A stretch of 62,970 bases of DNA, from NCBI GenBank assembly GCA_023249395.1, contig JAHFCS010000001.1, forward strand, positions 1 to 62,970, given 5' to 3'. Source of the DNA: Gemmatimonadota bacterium (GTDB taxonomy: Bacteria; Gemmatimonadota; Gemmatimonadetes; Gemmatimonadales; Gemmatimonadaceae). Numbering within the stretch: position 1 is the first letter of the stretch; every line of letters begins with the position of its first letter. The notes below the pieces were generated by a model. The model made no database searches. It was not told the origin of the DNA and saw only the letters and a program-made list of their open reading frames with translations. Shown here piece by piece: positions 9,985 to 20,027 of the stretch. A program made the translations under genes and the position numbers.

Positions 9985-10755
9985 GTGACTCACGACCAGA
10001 TCTGGCCCGATGTCCTTTACATGGTCCGCCATGGAGAGTCGGCGGGCAATGTAGCGCGTGAAGCTGCGCTCGTCGCGGGCGAGCGGGAGATCGACCTGTC
10101 CGTTCGCGATGTCGATGTTCCATTGTCGCCGCTTGGCCAGCAGCAATCACTCGCTCTGGGCCGCTGGTTCGCCGCGCTTTCCCCCGTCGACAAGCCGAAC
10201 GTGATACTCACTTCCCCTTACCTCAGAGCACGAGACACGGCAGCAATCGTAGCCGGGGCCGCCGGGCTGGCTGACGACGCTTACACCATTGTCGTCGATG
10301 AGCGGTTGCGGGAAAAGGAATTCGGCGTGCTCGACCAGCTGACGAGAGTCGGTATCGAAGCGTACCATCCCGACCAGGCAGAATTCCGCCGGTTGCTTGG
10401 CAAATTCTACCACCGGCCGCCAGGTGGCGAGAGCTGGTGCGACGTTATACTCCGGCTGCGCAGCGCGGTAGAGATGATCTCCCGGGAGTATTGCGCCGAG
10501 CGTGTGCTTCTGGTGTGTCACTCCGTCGTCGTGCTCTGCATGCGCTATCTGCTGGAGCACATGACGGAAGACCAGATCCTCGCCATCGATCGCGCCGAGG
10601 ATGTCGCTAACTGCTCGGTCACCTCATACCGGCACGACCCGACCGCGCGGCCACGTGGCATCATGAAGCTCGAGCTTTTCAATTTCATTGCGCCGCTTGA
10701 GGAAGCGGGAGCCCCCGTTACCTCCGAGCCGGATACCCGGTTCGGCGCGAAGTAA
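9985..10755 (+). CDS. Histidine phosphatase (phosphoglycerate mutase) family protein
   Basis: VRHGES, SPYLRARDTA, ERLREKEFG, PPGGES, VCHS. Confidence 0.9.
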   Translation: MTHDQIWPDVLYMVRHGESAGNVAREAALVAGEREIDLSVRDVDVPLSPLGQQQSLALGRWFAALSPVDKPNVILTSPYLRARDTAAIVAGAAGLADDAYTIVVDERLREKEFGVLDQLTRVGIEAYHPDQAEFRRLLGKFYHRPPGGESWCDVILRLRSAVEMISREYCAERVLLVCHSVVVLCMRYLLEHMTEDQILAIDRAEDVANCSVTSYRHDPTARPRGIMKLELFNFIAPLEEAGAPVTSEPDTRFGAK

Positions 10756-10776
10756 TCATTCGCTGATCTGCTGTGC

Positions 10777-12186
10777 CTACGGCGCAGTGCGTACTCTTCC
10801 CATCGTTCCCGGCATGTCCGCGACGATGTAGGCCATCACCGCCATCAGTCCAACACATTCTGCCATTTCACGCGGACTCAGCTTGTCCATGGTATCGGCT
10901 TCACTGTGGTGATACCAGAAATACCGCGTGCTATCAACTGCCAGGCTTACCGCTGGTACACCTCCCTTCGCCAATGGCTCGACGTCCGCGTCGGGCCCAC
11001 CCGGATTAACGCTCGTCGCTCCGATGCTGGACAGGAGCGATGCTATGTCGCGCGCGATGGCAATCGCTGAGTCGGGACCGGTGATCCGATAGCCCAGCGG
11101 CTTGAACACGCCATTGTCAGACTCCATCGCCATGACGTGCTTATCGAGCTCGCCGACGTGCGCATCGCGGTAGCCTTCCCCGCCGCGCGATCCGTTCTCT
11201 TCATTCGTCCACAGAACGACGCGTATCGTGCGGCGTGGCTTGAGCCCTAGCATCTTGATGAGTCTCACCGCTTCCCAGGCGGCGACGCTGCCGCCGCCGT
11301 CGTCCATCGCTCCCTGACCTACATCCCACGAATCGATGTGCCCGCCAAGCACCACGACCTCGTAGGGCATCTCGGAGCCGATGATTTCCGCAACGACATT
11401 TCGTGACGGCGCATCTGGCAGTGTCTGCGCCCCCATTTTCAACTTGACCACGACTTTGTCGCCTCGATCGCTCATCCTGTGCAGCATCATCGCGTCCTCG
11501 ACGCTCAATGCCGCCGCGGGAATGCGCGCCGTCGTCGTATCGTAGAACATCGCGCCAGTGTGCGGATTCTGCATCGAGTTGGATGCGACGCTCCTGATGA
11601 GCGCAGCGACGGCACCGGCCTTTGCCGCTGTCGATGCGGCTCCACTCCGGTATCGAACGGTCTCACCATAGCTTACAAATGGAGCATCGAAGAGAACGAT
11701 CTTTCCTTTGGCTTCAGCCCGCCGTCGTGCGAACTCGTCGAAGCTGCTGACTGCGAGCACCGATGCGGTAATTCCCGCGGTCGGTGTCCCCACGCTGCCG
11801 CCGAGTCCGAGCATGTGCAGCTTGTACGGGCGTGGACTCACCATCACTGCTGATTCTTCCCCGCGAACCCAGTGCGGCACCATAACCTTCTCGCCCCGTA
11901 CGTTGTCGAGTCCGTCTCGCTTCATCTCTGCAAGAATCCAGTCAATGGCGGCTTCGAGACCGCCTGACCCGCTGAGCCGAGGGCCGAAAGTATCGGTGAG
12001 CTGTGCGAGACGATTGTAGGCCGCACTGTCCGAAATTGCGGCGTCCAGAAGGCGCGTCGCGTCCGTGCGATAGCGATCTGCAATCGGAGTCGCGGTCGCT
12101 GACTGCTGTGCGTGGAGTGATGTACTCGCGACAGCGGCAAACGCCACCACATATAATGGAATGAAGATTGACCTGTTGAGAGCCAT
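10777..12186 (-). CDS. M28 family metallopeptidase (carboxypeptidase Q-like), secreted
   Basis: GGHIDSWD, GAMDDGGG, TNEENG, YFWYHHSEADT, signal peptide. Confidence 0.9.
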   Translation of the reverse strand: MALNRSIFIPLYVVAFAAVASTSLHAQQSATATPIADRYRTDATRLLDAAISDSAAYNRLAQLTDTFGPRLSGSGGLEAAIDWILAEMKRDGLDNVRGEKVMVPHWVRGEESAVMVSPRPYKLHMLGLGGSVGTPTAGITASVLAVSSFDEFARRRAEAKGKIVLFDAPFVSYGETVRYRSGAASTAAKAGAVAALIRSVASNSMQNPHTGAMFYDTTTARIPAAALSVEDAMMLHRMSDRGDKVVVKLKMGAQTLPDAPSRNVVAEIIGSEMPYEVVVLGGHIDSWDVGQGAMDDGGGSVAAWEAVRLIKMLGLKPRRTIRVVLWTNEENGSRGGEGYRDAHVGELDKHVMAMESDNGVFKPLGYRITGPDSAIAIARDIASLLSSIGATSVNPGGPDADVEPLAKGGVPAVSLAVDSTRYFWYHHSEADTMDKLSPREMAECVGLMAVMAYIVADMPGTMGRVRTAP

Positions 12187-12249
12187 CTGGTACCTGAGTT
12201 CGAGTTTTGAAAAGACTTCCGCGGAGTGACCGGCGAGCTTGCGGAGAAT

Positions 12250-13986
12250 TTATCCCGCGTGAAGCGCTGCTGCGCGCGCTATCATCGGGCTCGACTCGCC
12301 GGGTCGCATCGGCAGGTAGATGGTGAACGTCGTGCCCTCACCGGGCTCGCTCTTTACTGTCACATCACCGCCGAGCAGAAGCGCAAGTCGTCGCGTGACG
12401 GTCAGGCCGAGTCCCGTTCCTCCTGCTCGTCGTGTCGCCTTCTGCTCAACCTGCCAGAAGGGCTCGAATATCCGTTCGAAATGATCCGCATTTATTCCGA
12501 TGCCAGTATCCTGAACAGTGATCACCAACTGGTCTCCCAGCTGATCACCGGAGAGAATTATCCGGCCGCGATCAGTAAACTTTACAGCGTTGCTGAGCAG
12601 ATTGACTAGCATCTGACGCACTTTCACCGGATCGGTTTCGACCACGATTCCCTCCGGAGGAAGCATCACCTCGATGTGAAGTCCTCTCGCCCGCGCAAGC
12701 GACTCGACAAGCTCAGCCGCCGGCTCAAGAAGCGTGGACAACGAAGCGCACTCGAGATTGACCTCCTCGCGTCCGGCGTCGATGCGCGTGAATGTGAGGA
12801 TCTCGTCGATCAGTGAGAGAAGGTGCCGCGCACTCGCCTTGATCCTCCCCAGCTGTTGTGACTGCTGCTCATTGATCGGACCACTGATTCCGTCGGCAAG
12901 CAGCTCCTGATATCCCATGATCGCGGAAAGCGGAGTGCGAAGCTCGTGGGACATCACCGCGAGGAAGTCACTTTTCGCCCCGTTCGCGCTCTCGGCCTCA
13001 GCGCGAGCTTCATCGGCTTCTGACTTCGCTGCCTCCGCGTCAGCGCGCGCTCTCTCTGAGCTGACGCGTGCCTCTCGCTCACGGACGAACAGCTCAGCCC
13101 GCTTCCTGTCGATGACGCGGAGCACTCGCGCACTCCAGGCCACGAGGAGGAGGAAGGTGACGATGTCGGCAACAGCGAAGAGCGACGTCGCCAGCTGGCT
13201 GTTGAATAAACCCGCCTTCTCGCCGGCGAGGCGGACCATGCCGAAGAGGAAAGGTAGGATGATCGTTCCCGGCAACAGCAGGCGCGCGACTACTCCGGCC
13301 GCGCCTTCATCCGCTATCAGGCCTGGCAACCCGCGGTGCAGTTGCACGAAAAGAAGTCCCAGCGCCACGACCGCGAACGCGACCGCTGACAGGAGCACCA
13401 TGTCCAGGTAGTCCTGCATCGTATAGAAATCGCGCACGCCGAACGCGTACCCAACCAGTGCGATGAACGCAATCACCAGCGTCCCGAACGCAGCAATCTG
13501 CGAGCTGACGCCGTCGGTTCGGCGATCGCGGCGGAGAAGAAGAATTCCGACACCAAGAAACACGAACGCCGCAGCTGAATTGATGGCCATACGTCCGGGC
13601 ACCGGCACATTCATCGACGTCACGGCTCGTGGAAAGAGCAGCAGGTGGATGCCGAAATTCAGACTGAGCAGGTGTTCTGCAACGGCCATCAAACCAATTG
13701 CGATTACGGCTACCGCAGTCACTCGCGACATCTCCGACACCCATCGCGATGGATTCCTGGCCTGGGCAAGGAACAGCGATACGCCGACCAGGACGAAGGT
13801 CACAGCGGTTATCGGCGCCATTGATGGCGTGCCCTCGAAACCGCGTAACGCCGGAATGTCGAGCGCCCAGCCAATCAGAACACTCGCCCCGATGGCAATT
13901 GCCACGAGGGCTGCAATTCGCGGCAACTGCTCCAGGAAGCCTACGAACCTGTGGCGCTCGACGGGGACGGTCTCAGACACCAGCAT
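12250..13986 (-). CDS. Membrane-bound sensor histidine kinase
   Basis: Multiple TM helices, H-box MSHELRTPL, N-box NLLSNAVKFT, DTGIGI, GGTGLGL. Confidence 0.93.
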   Translation of the reverse strand: MLVSETVPVERHRFVGFLEQLPRIAALVAIAIGASVLIGWALDIPALRGFEGTPSMAPITAVTFVLVGVSLFLAQARNPSRWVSEMSRVTAVAVIAIGLMAVAEHLLSLNFGIHLLLFPRAVTSMNVPVPGRMAINSAAAFVFLGVGILLLRRDRRTDGVSSQIAAFGTLVIAFIALVGYAFGVRDFYTMQDYLDMVLLSAVAFAVVALGLLFVQLHRGLPGLIADEGAAGVVARLLLPGTIILPFLFGMVRLAGEKAGLFNSQLATSLFAVADIVTFLLLVAWSARVLRVIDRKRAELFVREREARVSSERARADAEAAKSEADEARAEAESANGAKSDFLAVMSHELRTPLSAIMGYQELLADGISGPINEQQSQQLGRIKASARHLLSLIDEILTFTRIDAGREEVNLECASLSTLLEPAAELVESLARARGLHIEVMLPPEGIVVETDPVKVRQMLVNLLSNAVKFTDRGRIILSGDQLGDQLVITVQDTGIGINADHFERIFEPFWQVEQKATRRAGGTGLGLTVTRRLALLLGGDVTVKSEPGEGTTFTIYLPMRPGESSPMIARAAALHAG

Positions 13987-13997
13987 CGGGCCTTACC

Positions 13998-14474
13998 TCA
14001 CCAGCCTCTTCTCGCCCTCAAATCGGTAACCTGTCCGGCGTGATGCGCGCCGTGGTCGGCATAGATCTCCAGCAGATCATCCAGGGTCACTTCTCCACGC
14101 TCGGGATGAGTTCCAGTACGCGACCATGCCTCATCCGGAAGCGATTCCAGAAATCCTGCCCATCTCTCATGGAGACCGTCGAGCAGCCTGAGTGAGCTCT
14201 CGAGCGGCAGGCGTGAATCGGGCAACACGGCCCAAGCGTCCTGATCATAGGTCTTGATCGTCGGATGATCTTCCGTGACGAGCCACTTGAAGCGCAGGTA
14301 CGCGTTGGCGTGTGAATCCGCAAGGTGATGGACGACCTGTCGCACTGTCCAGCCTCCATCGCGGTAAGGAGTATCGAGCTGGTCATCGTTGAGCCCTTTC
14401 ACTGCTGACCTGATTATCCCCGGGAAATCACGGATCCGGGTAACCTTGCTGTTGCGTTCTTCACGATTGAACAT
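13998..14474 (-). CDS. yfiT: YfiT/DinB family metal-dependent thiol transferase
   Basis: DTPYRDGGWTVRQVVHHLADSH...HGAHHAGQ. Start taken as ATG 14474. Confidence 0.85.
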   Translation of the reverse strand: MFNREERNSKVTRIRDFPGIIRSAVKGLNDDQLDTPYRDGGWTVRQVVHHLADSHANAYLRFKWLVTEDHPTIKTYDQDAWAVLPDSRLPLESSLRLLDGLHERWAGFLESLPDEAWSRTGTHPERGEVTLDDLLEIYADHGAHHAGQVTDLRARRGW

Positions 14475-14610
14475 TGGGGAGACTGGGAGGTTGCAATTAT
14501 CTCGGTGATCCTGGCGCGACACTATCGAGCCTAGGAAACTACTCGTTCACATCTTCGCTCAATAGAGCGATGCAGGGCTCCGGCAGGTAGGAATAATCAT
14601 ACTGACATTT

Positions 14611-15891
14611 ATGAACCAGTACGACGTGTCGCATCTTCCAGCCATACTCTTCGCGCTGCTCGCAGCTACGAAGCTGCTCGGGCTGCTCGCGCAGCGGCTG
14701 GGCCAGCCATCAGTCGTCGGTGAGCTCGTCGCAGGAGTGATCCTCGGCAAGTCGGTACTCGGAATCCTCGACCCTACCGACTTGGTCATTCGCAATCTCG
14801 CTGAGCTCGGGGTGATCGTGCTGCTGTTCGAGATTGGGCTGCATACCGACATTCGCTCCATCGCCAGGGTTGGCGGCGCGGCGATGGGTGTCGCCATCGC
14901 CGGTGTCGCCGTTCCCTTCGTCCTTGGCTACGGCATTTGCATCGCGCTTGGTCTCTCGGCGCTTCCCGCTATCGTCGCTGGAGCGGCGCTGACCGCAACA
15001 TCGATCGGGATCTCTGCCCGGACATTGTCCGATCTCGGCCAGCTCCGAACCCCGGAAGGACAGATCGTCCTTGGCGCGGCGGTGATCGATGACGTAGTCG
15101 GCCTCGTCATCCTGTCGGTCGTCGCGGGCCTCGTTGGAGGTACGGCGCTGAGCATTTCTGCCGTCGTCTCCGCCGCCTCGATCGGCATCGGCTTCATCGC
15201 GCTCGCTCTGGTGCTGGGTAATCTGTTCGTGCCCCCGTTCTTTCGCTTCATCGACCGGGTCGAAGCGTCCGGAACCCTCGGTATCGCAGGTCTCTCGTTC
15301 GCGTTGTTGCTCTCGTGGCTCGCGGCGTTTGCGGGCTCAGCGACGATCATCGGGGCGTTCGCTGCCGGAGTGATCCTGCACAATACGCCACAGCGCCCGC
15401 GCATCGAGCGCGCAACGACTTCACTGGGACTTTTCTTCGTGCCGATCTTCTTCGCGGCTGTCGGTGCGGCCGTGGAGCTCGGCACACTTGCCAATCGCCA
15501 GGCTCTGGCGATTGGTTCGATGCTCTTTGTCGTCGGGGTCGCGGGCAAGATCGCGGCTGGTTATGCCCCTTTCTGGATCTCCGGACGGAAGCTCTTGATC
15601 GGCATCGCAATGGTGCCTCGCGGTGAAGTCGGACTGATCTTCGCGCAGATGGGTCTCGCCACCGCAGCACTGACGCCGGGGCTATTCAGCGCAATCGCCA
15701 TTATGGTGCTCGGCACGACACTTATCACTCCTCCCCTGCTTGCATACCTGGTCAGATCCGAGGCTCACACATCCGACGATCTGGAGCGTCCGGGCGAAGG
15801 CGGGATCGATGACCTCGTCTCCGGGACTATAGAGTGGAAGGCTATCCACCCTTCTGCCTCGCAGGGAGAGTCTGGAGATACATCCACATAG
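14611..15891 (+). CDS. Cation:proton antiporter (CPA2 family)
   Basis: GELVAGVILG, ATSIGISA, AVIDDVVG, MVPRGEVG. Confidence 0.92.
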   Translation: MNQYDVSHLPAILFALLAATKLLGLLAQRLGQPSVVGELVAGVILGKSVLGILDPTDLVIRNLAELGVIVLLFEIGLHTDIRSIARVGGAAMGVAIAGVAVPFVLGYGICIALGLSALPAIVAGAALTATSIGISARTLSDLGQLRTPEGQIVLGAAVIDDVVGLVILSVVAGLVGGTALSISAVVSAASIGIGFIALALVLGNLFVPPFFRFIDRVEASGTLGIAGLSFALLLSWLAAFAGSATIIGAFAAGVILHNTPQRPRIERATTSLGLFFVPIFFAAVGAAVELGTLANRQALAIGSMLFVVGVAGKIAAGYAPFWISGRKLLIGIAMVPRGEVGLIFAQMGLATAALTPGLFSAIAIMVLGTTLITPPLLAYLVRSEAHTSDDLERPGEGGIDDLVSGTIEWKAIHPSASQGESGDTST

Positions 15892-16732
15892 CGTGGATTT
15901 CGTCGTCGGTGAGGTACTTCGTTCTCGGCCATGGCATTACCGCGCTGAGAATCCGGCCATCCGGACGCACTCCTGTCCGCAACACTTTCATGAAATCAGC
16001 TTCGCTCCACTTGCCAATGCCGGTCGGTGTGAGGTTCGCCGCAGGTACCCCCTCTATCTTGGCGCCCCCCGAAAGATTTGGATTGTGACAGGTCGTGCAG
16101 CCGCCAGTCGCAAGGAGATAGTTGCCGTATTCCTTGGTCACACCAATCGAGACTGACGCTGGACGCCGCTCGTCACGATTGATCAGCCGCGCGGGTATCA
16201 GCGGAAACTTTGCCATGACTGAAAGAGCTCGCGCAATCGGTCCGATCGTCTTGGGAGGAATCGTCTGGTCCACAGGCGGAATTGTCTTGAGGTACGCTAT
16301 CATCGCGCTGAGGTCGGCATCACTGAAATGCGTAAACGCTTCCGACGGCATGAAGATCAGTGGTTTTCCGTTACGCCTCACTCCGTACCGTATCGAGCGG
16401 ACGTAGTCGGCGTCGGTGTAGCTCGTCCCGATACCGCCCTTGCCGCGCGTGAGATTGGAGGCCCACAGCCGCGCGAAAACAGGATCATCGGACACTACCA
16501 TTCCAGCCAGGTTGTCGCCGTGGCATTGGGCACATTTGCCGACTGCATCGACGAGGTGATGTCCTCGCTCGAGGGCCACTGAATCTGTTGGTATCGCCAC
16601 CGCCTCAACTTGGGTTGGATAGGTCTTTCCCATCCGCACCGAGGTGATGGCGTAGATGCTCGCCACGAAGACAATAATTAACGCGACAATACCGCCGACG
16701 AAGTAGCCAATCCACTTGAGAAGGCGCTTCAT
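15842..16732 (-). CDS. Membrane-anchored di-haem c-type cytochrome, copy 1
   Basis: N-terminal TM helix, CAQCH and CTTCH, Met-ligand motifs IFMPS and AVMPW. Confidence 0.9.
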   Translation of the reverse strand: MKRLLKWIGYFVGGIVALIIVFVASIYAITSVRMGKTYPTQVEAVAIPTDSVALERGHHLVDAVGKCAQCHGDNLAGMVVSDDPVFARLWASNLTRGKGGIGTSYTDADYVRSIRYGVRRNGKPLIFMPSEAFTHFSDADLSAMIAYLKTIPPVDQTIPPKTIGPIARALSVMAKFPLIPARLINRDERRPASVSIGVTKEYGNYLLATGGCTTCHNPNLSGGAKIEGVPAANLTPTGIGKWSEADFMKVLRTGVRPDGRILSAVMPWPRTKYLTDDEIHAMWMYLQTLPARQKGG

Positions 16733-16889
16733 GTCGTTTCCATGCGTTTGCCCATTTTCCGGATTCAAGCGGCTGAAACCTACAGCCGTTGGCTTTGTTA
16801 GTCTAGCTCGGTTTGTGCGGTCAATGAGTGACTAGACTTCGTCGATCCACTTCATCCATCCATCCGAAAATGCAATACCGCTGGCTCGG

Positions 16890-17780
16890 CTATCCGCCTT
16901 TCTGCGTCGCAGGGACGGTCTGGAGATACATCCACATCGCTCTGAGCTCGTCGTCGGTGAGGTATTTCATGTCCGACCACGGCATTACTGCACTCAGGAT
17001 TCGACCATCAGGCCGCACTCCCGTCCGGATTGCTTTCATGAAATCCGCCTCGCTCCATTTTCCGATTCCGGTCGGCGTCAAATTCGCCGACACCACCCCG
17101 GCAATCTTCGCACCGCCGGACAAATTCGAAGTGTGACAGCTTCGGCATCCACCGGTGTTTATCAGATACTCACCGTATTCCTTCGTGACTCCCGTTGGTA
17201 CTGCCGCGGGTCGAGTCGTATTCCTGGGAACCCTTTCCGCCGGGATGAGCGGAAAGTCCGTGAACAGAGACAGAGCTCTGCCGATTGGTCCGATCCGTGT
17301 CTTTGCCTTCTCGCTATCAGCTGGCGGAATCGAATTCAGGTAGGCGATGATCGTGCCGAGGTCGGCGTCGCTGAAATAGTAGAAAACGAAGGAGGGCATG
17401 AAGAGGAGCGGCTTGCCGTCGCTTCGCACGCCATAGCGAATGGACCGGACCCAGTCGGCGTTGGTATACGTCGACCCGACGCCGCCCTTGCCTCTGGTCA
17501 GGTTCGACGATGCCAACCGCGCCATGAGCAGATTATCAACAAGCGTCTGGCCCGCAAGGTTGTCGCCGTGGCAGCTGACACATCTTCCAACCGCGAACAC
17601 CAGATGATGCCCACGCTCGATCGAAACTGAATCGCCCGGAACTGCTACCGTCTCGACCTTTGTCGGATATCTCTTGTTGATTCGCTGCCCGCTCACCGCA
17701 TAGACGCCAGCGATGATCAGCAGCACTATCGCGACGATGCCACCAAGGACGTAGCCGACCCACTTCAGCAAGCGTTTCAT
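16890..17780 (-). CDS. Membrane-anchored di-haem c-type cytochrome, copy 2
   Basis: CVSCH and CRSCH. Same length (891 bp) as copy 1 and colinear with it. GGAGG RBS. Confidence 0.92.
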   Translation of the reverse strand: MKRLLKWVGYVLGGIVAIVLLIIAGVYAVSGQRINKRYPTKVETVAVPGDSVSIERGHHLVFAVGRCVSCHGDNLAGQTLVDNLLMARLASSNLTRGKGGVGSTYTNADWVRSIRYGVRSDGKPLLFMPSFVFYYFSDADLGTIIAYLNSIPPADSEKAKTRIGPIGRALSLFTDFPLIPAERVPRNTTRPAAVPTGVTKEYGEYLINTGGCRSCHTSNLSGGAKIAGVVSANLTPTGIGKWSEADFMKAIRTGVRPDGRILSAVMPWSDMKYLTDDELRAMWMYLQTVPATQKGG

Positions 17781-17917
17781 CTTGCCTCCAATGGCTCCCG
17801 TAGTTTTCGGAACAAGTGGCTGAAAGATATGGGTGCTGGTCTTGTCAGCCTAGCTCGGATCGTGTCGGCCTACGATCGACTAGACTTCATCACGCCACCT
17901 TCATCCGTGACCCGAAA

Positions 17918-18892
17918 ATGCAATACCGCCGGCTCGGCAACAGCGACCTCATGGTGTCGGAAATCTCGCTCGGATCCTGGCTCACTTACGGCGCTGGTGT
18001 CGACGACTCCAGCGCCATAGCCTGCGTTAACCGTGCATTCGACCTGGGCATCAACTTCCTCGATACGTCGAACATCTACGGCAAGGGTGCGGCCGAGACC
18101 TTTCTGGGAAAGACTTTGAGCGGCCGCGAGAGATCATCGTACATACTCGCCACCAAGTTGTATTTCCCGATGACCGACACCGACCGCGGGTTGTCGGCTG
18201 CTCAGGTGTACAAGCAGATCGATGCATCGCTGACACGACTTCGTACCGACTATGTCGACCTGTATCAATGCCACCGATACGATCCGTTGACGCCGCTCGG
18301 GGAGACCATGGAAGCGTTGACCGGCGTCATCCGCCAGGGGAAGGCTCGCTACATCGGATTCAGCGAATGGAACGTCGAGCAGATTCGGGCAGCGCTCGAC
18401 CTTCCTCACGTCGAAAAGTTCGTATCGAGCCAGCCACAATACTCGATTCTCTGGCGGTCCCCCGAAGTCGATGTCTTTCCCCTCTGTGCTGCCAATGGCA
18501 TCGGCCAGATTGTCTGGTCACCCCTCGCGCAGGGCGTGCTCACCGGCAAGTATCTGCCGGGACAGCCTCCACCAGCGGATTCCCGTGCGGCGAGCCCTGA
18601 AATGAACGGCTTCCTTGGGGAACGCCTGCGAGGTAATCGCACGCTGACGGCGGTGCAACAGCTCCGCCCCATTGCTGAAGGCCTTGGCCTTACGCTCGCA
18701 CAGCTCGCACTGGCATGGGTGCTTCGGCTCCCCGCCGTATCGTCGGCTATCGTCGGCGCCAGTCGTCCGACTCAGGTGGATGACAACGCCGCTGCATCGG
18801 GTGTCAGGCTCGACCAGGAGACACTGAATGCAATCGACCGTGTGACTCTTCCTCTACTGCGCGATCTCGAAGGAATCCAGTTGCTAACGTAA
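17918..18892 (+). CDS. Aldo/keto reductase (Kv-beta-like)
   Basis: MQYRRLGNSDLMVSEISLGSW, DTSNIYG, ATK, YQCHRYD, WSPLAQG. Confidence 0.92.
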   Translation: MQYRRLGNSDLMVSEISLGSWLTYGAGVDDSSAIACVNRAFDLGINFLDTSNIYGKGAAETFLGKTLSGRERSSYILATKLYFPMTDTDRGLSAAQVYKQIDASLTRLRTDYVDLYQCHRYDPLTPLGETMEALTGVIRQGKARYIGFSEWNVEQIRAALDLPHVEKFVSSQPQYSILWRSPEVDVFPLCAANGIGQIVWSPLAQGVLTGKYLPGQPPPADSRAASPEMNGFLGERLRGNRTLTAVQQLRPIAEGLGLTLAQLALAWVLRLPAVSSAIVGASRPTQVDDNAAASGVRLDQETLNAIDRVTLPLLRDLEGIQLLT

Positions 18893-18936
18893 ACACTGCG
18901 GCGGCGGATTTTTCGGGAGCTTCTCCAGGATTACTA

Positions 18937-19843
18937 TCACTGCAGAAGGGCACGAGCTTCAGCAACGATATCCCGCGCAGTAATCTCAATCGGTGAGTTT
19001 CGGACAATGATTCGCCATCGACCGTCGCCCTGCGGGAAGGTCCGCGCGGGTTCGCCCGGTACGAAAACTCCCACCACCGGTACACAGAGCGCGGCCGCGA
19101 TGTGAAGTGGGCCGGAGTCATGTCCGATGAACAGTCGCGCCCGCGAAATGGCGAGCGCGACTTCTGTCAGTAATCCTCCAGACAGCTCGTCGGCGAAGAG
19201 CCACCCGGCTTTAGGCTTTGTCAGTCGTCGCAATCGATCCAGCTCTGCCGCCGTTCCGATCCATAGCGGCGAAATTCCAAGCGACGCCAGTTCCGTCGCG
19301 ACATCGATCCATTCGCTCAGCCTTACGCACCGCTTCTCGCTTCCGGCAAAGGGATGGAGAGCCGCATAGCTTTCATCGCGACAAGATTCTCCCGCAGCGC
19401 GCTTCTGCTCGAGCCGTGTCACGTCCAGTCGATATCGAAGCCGACTGGTTGTGATGCCGAGTGCCTCCAGCAATCGTGCCACTTCGCTCAGTACCGGCTT
19501 GCTACGGTCTTCAGCGGGAAGCGTCCGCGTTAGCCATCTCTTGTTCCGCCGACGCTCGAGTCCGATGCGAATGGGTATTCCCGTTGCGGCGACCGCAGCC
19601 GCAGTGCGCCATGGTGCAAAGCAGAGTATCGCCATGTCGAATCGCCGCTGCCGGATGGATGAGGTGATTCGAAGAAAATGAAGCAACGATCCCGTCCTTG
19701 CACCACACGCCAATGTGCGCCGTTGGAAAGTTTTCCCTCAGCGGCTGCAGCAGGGCTGACGCGAATACGAGATCGCCGATGTTGTCGAGGCTGACGACAA
19801 GGATACGCCTGGGCATTCGCCGTTGCTCGGCTTCGGTCGTCAT
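18937..19843 (-). pseudogene. Glycosyltransferase family 9 (heptosyltransferase-like), frameshifted near 19695
   Basis: N-terminal RILVVSLDNIGDLV is in one frame. FDMAI...LHPFAG...FIGHDSGPLHIAAA is in another. Confidence 0.75.
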
Positions 19844-20027
19844 CGTAGCTTGTCCTCCGCCGAAGTCTGCCGCGTCGAGCATTCAAGCCCGGATTCGGTC
19901 ACCGAGACGGCTCTTCCCGGCACACGGAAGGTATTCCCGCAAGTCCTCAGCGACGAGAGCAGGTGTGCACAGCGCTATAGTCGGACATACGCCCCTTCTC
20001 GAAGGACGGTCACCGGAATCAGCGCTG

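Larger units (their letters stand above)
15840..17938. repeat. Tandem duplication, unit 1048 bp (cytochrome c gene + intergenic region + first codons of the AKR gene)
   Basis: Stops (15842/16890), starts (16732/17780) and ATGCAATACCGC (16870/17918) are all offset by 1048 bp. GGC sits at all three junctions. Confidence 0.9.

Noticed and set aside
12250-13986. Orphan histidine kinase as a novel system
   Set aside because: Orphan kinases are common and the motifs are canonical
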